Assembly: GCA_002189035.1 (NCBI GenBank)
Contig: NEEC01000143.1
Coordinates: 1-59,733, forward strand
Direction: 5' to 3'
Source of the DNA: Utricularia gibba
Lineage: Eukaryota > Plantae > Magnoliophyta
DNA: 59,733 nucleotides
Shown: in pieces, positions 54,001 to 59,733 of the stretch
Layout of the letters: the number at the start of each line of letters is the position of its first letter
How positions within the stretch are numbered: position 1 is the stretch's first letter
Position numbers and translations under genes: made by a program
The notes under the pieces: model-generated
Seen by the model: the letters and a program-made list of their open reading frames with translations, nothing else
Databases searched by the model: none
Told to the model about the DNA's origin: nothing

Positions 54001-57000
54001 ATTCATGATGTAACATGTGACTTTTTTCCATCTTGATCGCATATCCGATGAAGTTTGACACCATATGTTTTGGATGTTGATTGATGCAATTAGTTGCCAT
54101 GATACTTCTGATTCTTGATACACATTCCCATACACCATGTCTCTAGTGGCTATTTGATTCTTTTGCCGTGTATCCATTTGCATCAATTTCGAGAACGAGA
54201 AGCACATTATTAAACGCAGCACCAAGGAAGGACACGTAAGACACTTTTCGTTGTGGTTTGTTTTTAATATGTCCACAGTTATGGGACAAACGTAACTCCA
54301 ATTATACTACTTGGAGCACGAATAGGGCTGCCCAATGGTGTGCTAGGAAGAGTTAGCTCTGCATGTTTTGGAAGAGGTGCTTCGTGGACCGGGATGTGCG
54401 ACATAGTCATTTCATTGCGCATCACCATTCGGGTGCAGCCGAAAAATCACACGTGCACTGGATTCGTTAAAAGTAAACATTTTTGCGTACCTGGAGTATA
54501 ATAGTGTTGGGATAAGTGATGCCACGAATTCATGATGTAACATGTGACTTTTTCATCTTGATCGCATATCCGATGAAGTTTGACACCATATGTTTTGGCT
54601 GTTGATTGATGCAATTAGTTGCCATGATACTTCTGATTCTTGATACACCATTCCCATACACCATGTCTCTAGTGGCTATTTGATTCTTTTGCCGTGTATC
54701 CATTTGCATCAATTTCGAGAACGAGAAGCACATTATTAAACGCAGCCACCAAGGAAGGACACGTAAGACACTTTTCGTTGTGGTTTGTTTTTAATATGTC
54801 CACAGTTATGGGACAAACGTAACTCCAAATTATACTACTTGGAGCACGAATAGGGCTTCCCAATGGTGTGCTATGAAGAGTTAGCATCTGCATGTTTTGG
54901 AAGAGGTGCTTCGTGACCAGGATGTGCGACCTAGTCATTTCATTGCGCATCACCATTCGGGTGCAGCCGAAAAATCACACGTGCACTGGATTCGTTAAAA
55001 GTAAACATTTTTGCGTACCTGGTGTATAATAGTGTTGGGATAAGTGATGCCACGAAATTCATGATGTAACATGTGACTTTTTTCCATCTTGATCGCATAT
55101 CCGATGAAGTTTGACACATATTTTGGGCTGTTGATTGATGCAATTAGTTGCCATGATACTTCTGATTCTTGATACACCATTCCCATACACCATGTCTCTA
55201 GTGGCTATTTGATTCTTTTGCCGTGTATCCATTTGCATCAATTTCGAGAACGAGAAGCACATTATTAAACGCAGCCACCAAGGAAGGACGTAAGACACTT
55301 TTCGTTGTGGTTTGTTTTTAATATGTCCACAGTTATGGGACAAACGTAACTCCAAATTATACTACTTGGAGCACGAATAGGGCTTCCCAATGGTGTGCTA
55401 TGAAGATTAGCATCTGCATGTTTTGGAAGAGGTGCTTCGTGCCAGGATGTGCGACATAGTCATTTCATTGCGCATCACCATTCGGGGTGCAGCCGAAAAA
55501 TCACACGTGCACTGGATTCGTTAAAAGTAAACATTTTTGCGTACCTGGAGTATAATAGTGTTGGGATAAGTGATGCCACGAAATTCATGATGTAACATGT
55601 GACTTTTTTCCATCTTGATCGCATATCCGATGAAGTTTGACACCATATGTTTTGGCTGTTGATTGATGCAATTAGTTGCCATGATACTTCTGATTCTTGA
55701 TACACCATTCCCATACACCATGTCTCTAGTGGCTATTTGATTCTTTTGCCGTGTATCCATTTGCATCAATTTCGAGAACGAGAAGCACATTATTAAACGC
55801 AGCCACCAAGGAAGGACACGTAAGACACTTTTCGTTGTGGTTTGTTTTTAATATGTCCACAGTTATGGGACAAACGTAACTCCAAATTATACTACTTGGA
55901 GCACGAATAGGGCTTCCAATGGTGTGCTATGAAGAGTTAGCATCTGCATGTTTTGGAAGAGGTGCTTCGTGGACCAGGATGTGCGACATAGTCATTTCAT
56001 TGCGCATCACCATTCGGGGTGCAGCCGAAAAATCACACGTGCACTGGATTCGTTAAAAGTAAACATTTTTGCGTACCTGGTGTATAATAGTGTTGGGATA
56101 AGTGATGCCACGAAATTCATGATGTAACATGTGACTTTTTCCATCTTGATCGCATATCGATGAAGTTTGACACCATATGTTTTGGCTGTTGATTGATGCA
56201 ATTAGTTGCCATGATACTTCTGATTCTTGATACACCATTCCATACACCATGTCTCTAGTGGCTATTTGATTCTTTTGCCGTGTATCTTTGCATCAATTTC
56301 GAGAACGAGAAGCACATTATTAAACGCAGCCACAAGGAAGGACACGTAAGACACTTTTCGTTGTGGTTTGTTTTTAATATGTCCACAGTTATGGGACAAA
56401 CGTAACTCCAAATTATACTACTTGGAGCACGAATAGGGCTTCCAATGGTGTGCTAGAAGAGTTAGCATCTGCATGTTTTGGAAGAGGTGCTTCGTGGACC
56501 AGGATGTGCGACATAGTCATTTCATTGCGCATCACCATTCGGGGTGCAGCCGAAAAATCACACGTGCACTGGATTCGTTAAAAGTAAACATTTTTGCGTA
56601 CCTGGAGTATAATAGTGTTGGGATAAGTGATGCCACGAAATTCATGATGTAACATGTGACTTTTTTCCATCTTGATCGCATATCCGATGAAGTTTGACAC
56701 CATATGTTTTGGCTGTTGATTGATGCAATTAGTTGCCATGATACTTCTGATTCTTGATGCACCATTCCCATACACCATGTCTCTAGGGCTATTTGATTCT
56801 TTTGCCGTGTATCTTGTTGCATCAATTTCGAGAACGAGAAGCACATTATTAAACGCAGCCACCAAGGAAGGACACGTAAGACACTTTTCGTTGTGGTTTG
56901 TTTTTAATATGTCCACAGTTATGGACAAACGTAACTCCAAATTATACTACTTGGAGCACGAATAGGGCTTCCCAATGGTGTGCTATGAAGAGTTAGCATC

Positions 57001-59733
57001 TGCATGTTTTGGAAGAGGTGCTTCGTGGACCAGGATGTGCGACATAGTCATTTCATTGCGCATCACCATTCGGGGTGCAGCCGAAAAATCACACGTGCAC
57101 TGGATTCGTTAAAAGTAAACATTTTTGCGTACCTGGTGTATAATAGTGTTGGGATAAGTGATGCCACGAAATTCATGATGTAACATGTGACTTTTTTCCA
57201 TCTTGATCGCATATCCGATGAAGTTTGACACCATATGTTTTGGCTGTTGATTGATGCAATTAGTTGCCATGATACTTCTGATTCTTGATACCCATTCCCT
57301 ACACCATGTCTCTAGTGGCTATTTGATTCTTTTGCCGTGTATCTTTGCATCAATTTCGAGAACGAGAAGCACATTATTAAACGCAGCCACCAAGGAAGGA
57401 CACGTAAGACACTTTTCGTTGTGGTTTGTTTTTAATATGTCCACAGTTATGGGACAAACGTAACTCCAAATTATACTCTTGGAGCACGAATAGGCTTCCC
57501 AATGGTGTGCTATGAAGAGTTAGGATCTGCATGTTTTGGAAGAGGTGCTTCGTGACAGGATGTGCGACCTAGTCATTTCATTGCGCATCACCATTCGGGT
57601 GCAGCCTAAAAATCACACGTGCACTGGATTCGTTAAAAGTAAACATTTTTGCGTACCTGGAGTATAATAGTGTTGGGATAAGTGATGCCACGAAATTCAT
57701 GATGTAACATGTGACTTTTTTCCATCTTGATCGCATATCCGATGAAGTTTGACACATATGTTTTGGCTGTTGATTGATGCAATTAGTTGCCATGATACTT
57801 CTGATTCTTGATACACCATTCCCATACACCATGTCTCTAGTGGCTATTTGATTCTTTTGCCGTGTATCTTGGCATCAATTTCGAGAACGAGAAGCACATT
57901 ATTAAACGCAGCCACCAAGGAAGGACACGTAAGACACTTTTCGTTGTGGTTTGTTTTTAATATGTCCACAGTTATGGGACAAACGTAACTCCAAATTATA
58001 CTACTTGGAGCACGAATAGGGCTTCCCAATGGTGTGCTATGAAGAGTTAGCATCTGCATGTTTTGGAAGGTGCTTCGTGACCAGGATGTGCGACATAGTC
58101 ATTTCATTGCGCATCACCATTCGGGGTGCAGCCTAAAAATCACACGTGCACTGGATTCGTTAAAAGTAAACATTTTTGCGTACCTGGAGTATAATAGTGT
58201 TGGGATAAGTGATGCCACGAAATTCATGATGTAACATGTGACTTTTTTTCCATCTTGATCGCATATCCGATGAAGTTTGACACATATGTTTTGGATGTTG
58301 ATTGATGCAATTAGTTGCCATGATACTTCTGATTCTTGATACACCATTCCATACACCATGTCTCTAGTGGCTATTTGATTCTTTTGCCGTGTATCTTTTG
58401 CATCAATTTCGAGAACGAGAAGCACATTATTAAACGCAGCCACAAGGAAGGACACGTAAGACACTTTTCGTTGTGGTTTGTTTTTAATATGTCCAGTTAT
58501 GGGACAAACGTAACTCAATTATACTACTTGGAGCACGAATAGGGCTTCCCAATGGTGTGCTAGGAAGTTAGGCTCTGCATGTTTTGGAAGAGGTGCTTCG
58601 TGGACCGGGATGTGCGACATAGTCATTTCATTGCGCATCACCATTCGGGGTGCAGCCGAAAATCACACGTGCACTGGATTCGTTAAAGTAAACATTTTTG
58701 CGTACCTGGTTAATAGTGTTGGGATAAGTGATGCCACGAAATTCATGATGTAACATGTGACTTTTTTCCATCTTGATCGCATATCCGATGAAGTTTGACA
58801 CATATGTTTTGGCTGTTGATTGATGCAATTAGTTGCCATGATACTTCTGATTCTTGATACACCATTCCCATACACCATGTCTCTAGTGGCTATTTGATTC
58901 TTTTGCCGTGTATCTTGCATCAATTTCGAGAACGAGAAGCACATTATTAAACGCAGCCACCAAGGAAGGACACGTAAGACACTTTTCGTTGTGGTTTGTT
59001 TTTAATATGTCCAGTTATGGACAAACGTAACTCAAATTATACTACTTGGAGCGAATAGGGCTTCCCAATGGTGTGCTATGAAGAGTTAGCTCTGCATGTT
59101 TTGGAAGAGGTGCTTCGTGACCGGATGTGCGACATAGTCATTTCATTGCGCATCACCATTCGGGTGCAGCCTAAAAATCACACGTGCACTGGATTCGTTA
59201 AAAGTAAACATTTTTGCGTACCTGGAGTATAATAGTGTTGGGATAAGTGATGCCACGAAATTCATGATGTAACATGTGACTTTTTTCCATCTTGATCGCA
59301 TATCGATGAAGTTTGACACCATATGTTTTGGATGTTGATTGATGCAATTAGTTGCCATGATACTTCTGATTCTTGATACACCATTCCCATACACCATGTC
59401 TCTAGTGGCTATTTGATTCTTTTGCCGTGTATCTTGTTTGCATCAATTTCGAGAACGAGAAGCACATTATTAAACAGCCACCAAGGAAGGACACGTAAGA
59501 CACTTTTCGTTGTGGTTTGTTTTTAATATGTCCACAGTTATGGACAAACGTAACTCCAATTATACTACTTGGAGCACGAATAGGGCTTCCCAATGGTGTG
59601 CTAGGAAGAGTTAGCTCTGCATGTTTGGAAGAGGTGCTTCGTGGACGGGATGTGCGACATAGTCATTTCATTGCGCATCACCATTCGGTGCAGCCGAAAA
59701 ATCACACGTTTACTGGATTCGTTAAAAGTAAAC

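Larger units (their letters stand above)
1..59733. repeat. Tandem satellite-like array, ~113.5 head-to-tail copies of a ~534-bp monomer, running off both window ends
   Basis: The landmark TCATTGCGCATC recurs 114 times (284, 814, 1339, 1869 ... 58628, 59143, ~59665). Spacing is mostly 515-534 bp and never above 534 in clean copies (e.g. 36105 to 36639, 41959 to 42493). The ORF track repeats the same peptides in every copy. All copies share one orientation. Confidence 0.99.

Noticed and set aside
284-59593. The ~300 ORFs in the six-frame track, including the 175-aa (31867-32394) and 184-aa (28621-29175) ones
   Set aside because: All are permutations of the same few peptides. The clean 534-bp monomer gives only ORFs of ~80 aa or less from ATG, each ending in a stop, and the longer ORFs arise only where indels splice frames together. 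I recognise no protein family, and there is no sign of frame conservation between copies.
1-59733. CRISPR array
   Set aside because: There is no alternation of a short constant repeat with unique spacers; the entire 534 bp is repeated.

Overview
The whole window is one uninterrupted head-to-tail tandem array of a single ~534-bp monomer. The landmark TCATTGCGCATC recurs 114 times, from 284 to ~59665. A hand count of the clean copy at 35820-36353 gives ~41% GC. All copies face the same way, and I see no unique flank, inversion or inserted element. I can support no protein-coding gene, rRNA, tRNA or CRISPR array: the ORF track is the same few short peptides regenerated in each copy and reshuffled by indels. 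The structure lies in how copies differ. (1) About 20 recurrent polymorphic columns define linked monomer haplotypes. (2) These recur with a 7-monomer (~3.7 kb) higher-order period, clearest at 17-26 kb, with weaker 8-mer and 4-mer spacings elsewhere. (3) A near-homogeneous core (~28-46.7 kb) sits between more heterogeneous flanks. (4) A few monomers are internally deleted (28.7, 31.9, 46.8-48.0 kb). (5) Each monomer carries a 70-nt imperfect hairpin that lacks recurrent substitutions. Many 1-2 bp deletions fall exactly on polymorphic columns, which points to long-read consensus artefact, so fine-scale details need checking against raw reads. Best reading: a satellite DNA array, probably eukaryotic, from a host I cannot identify. 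A concatemer of a small circle is a less likely alternative.
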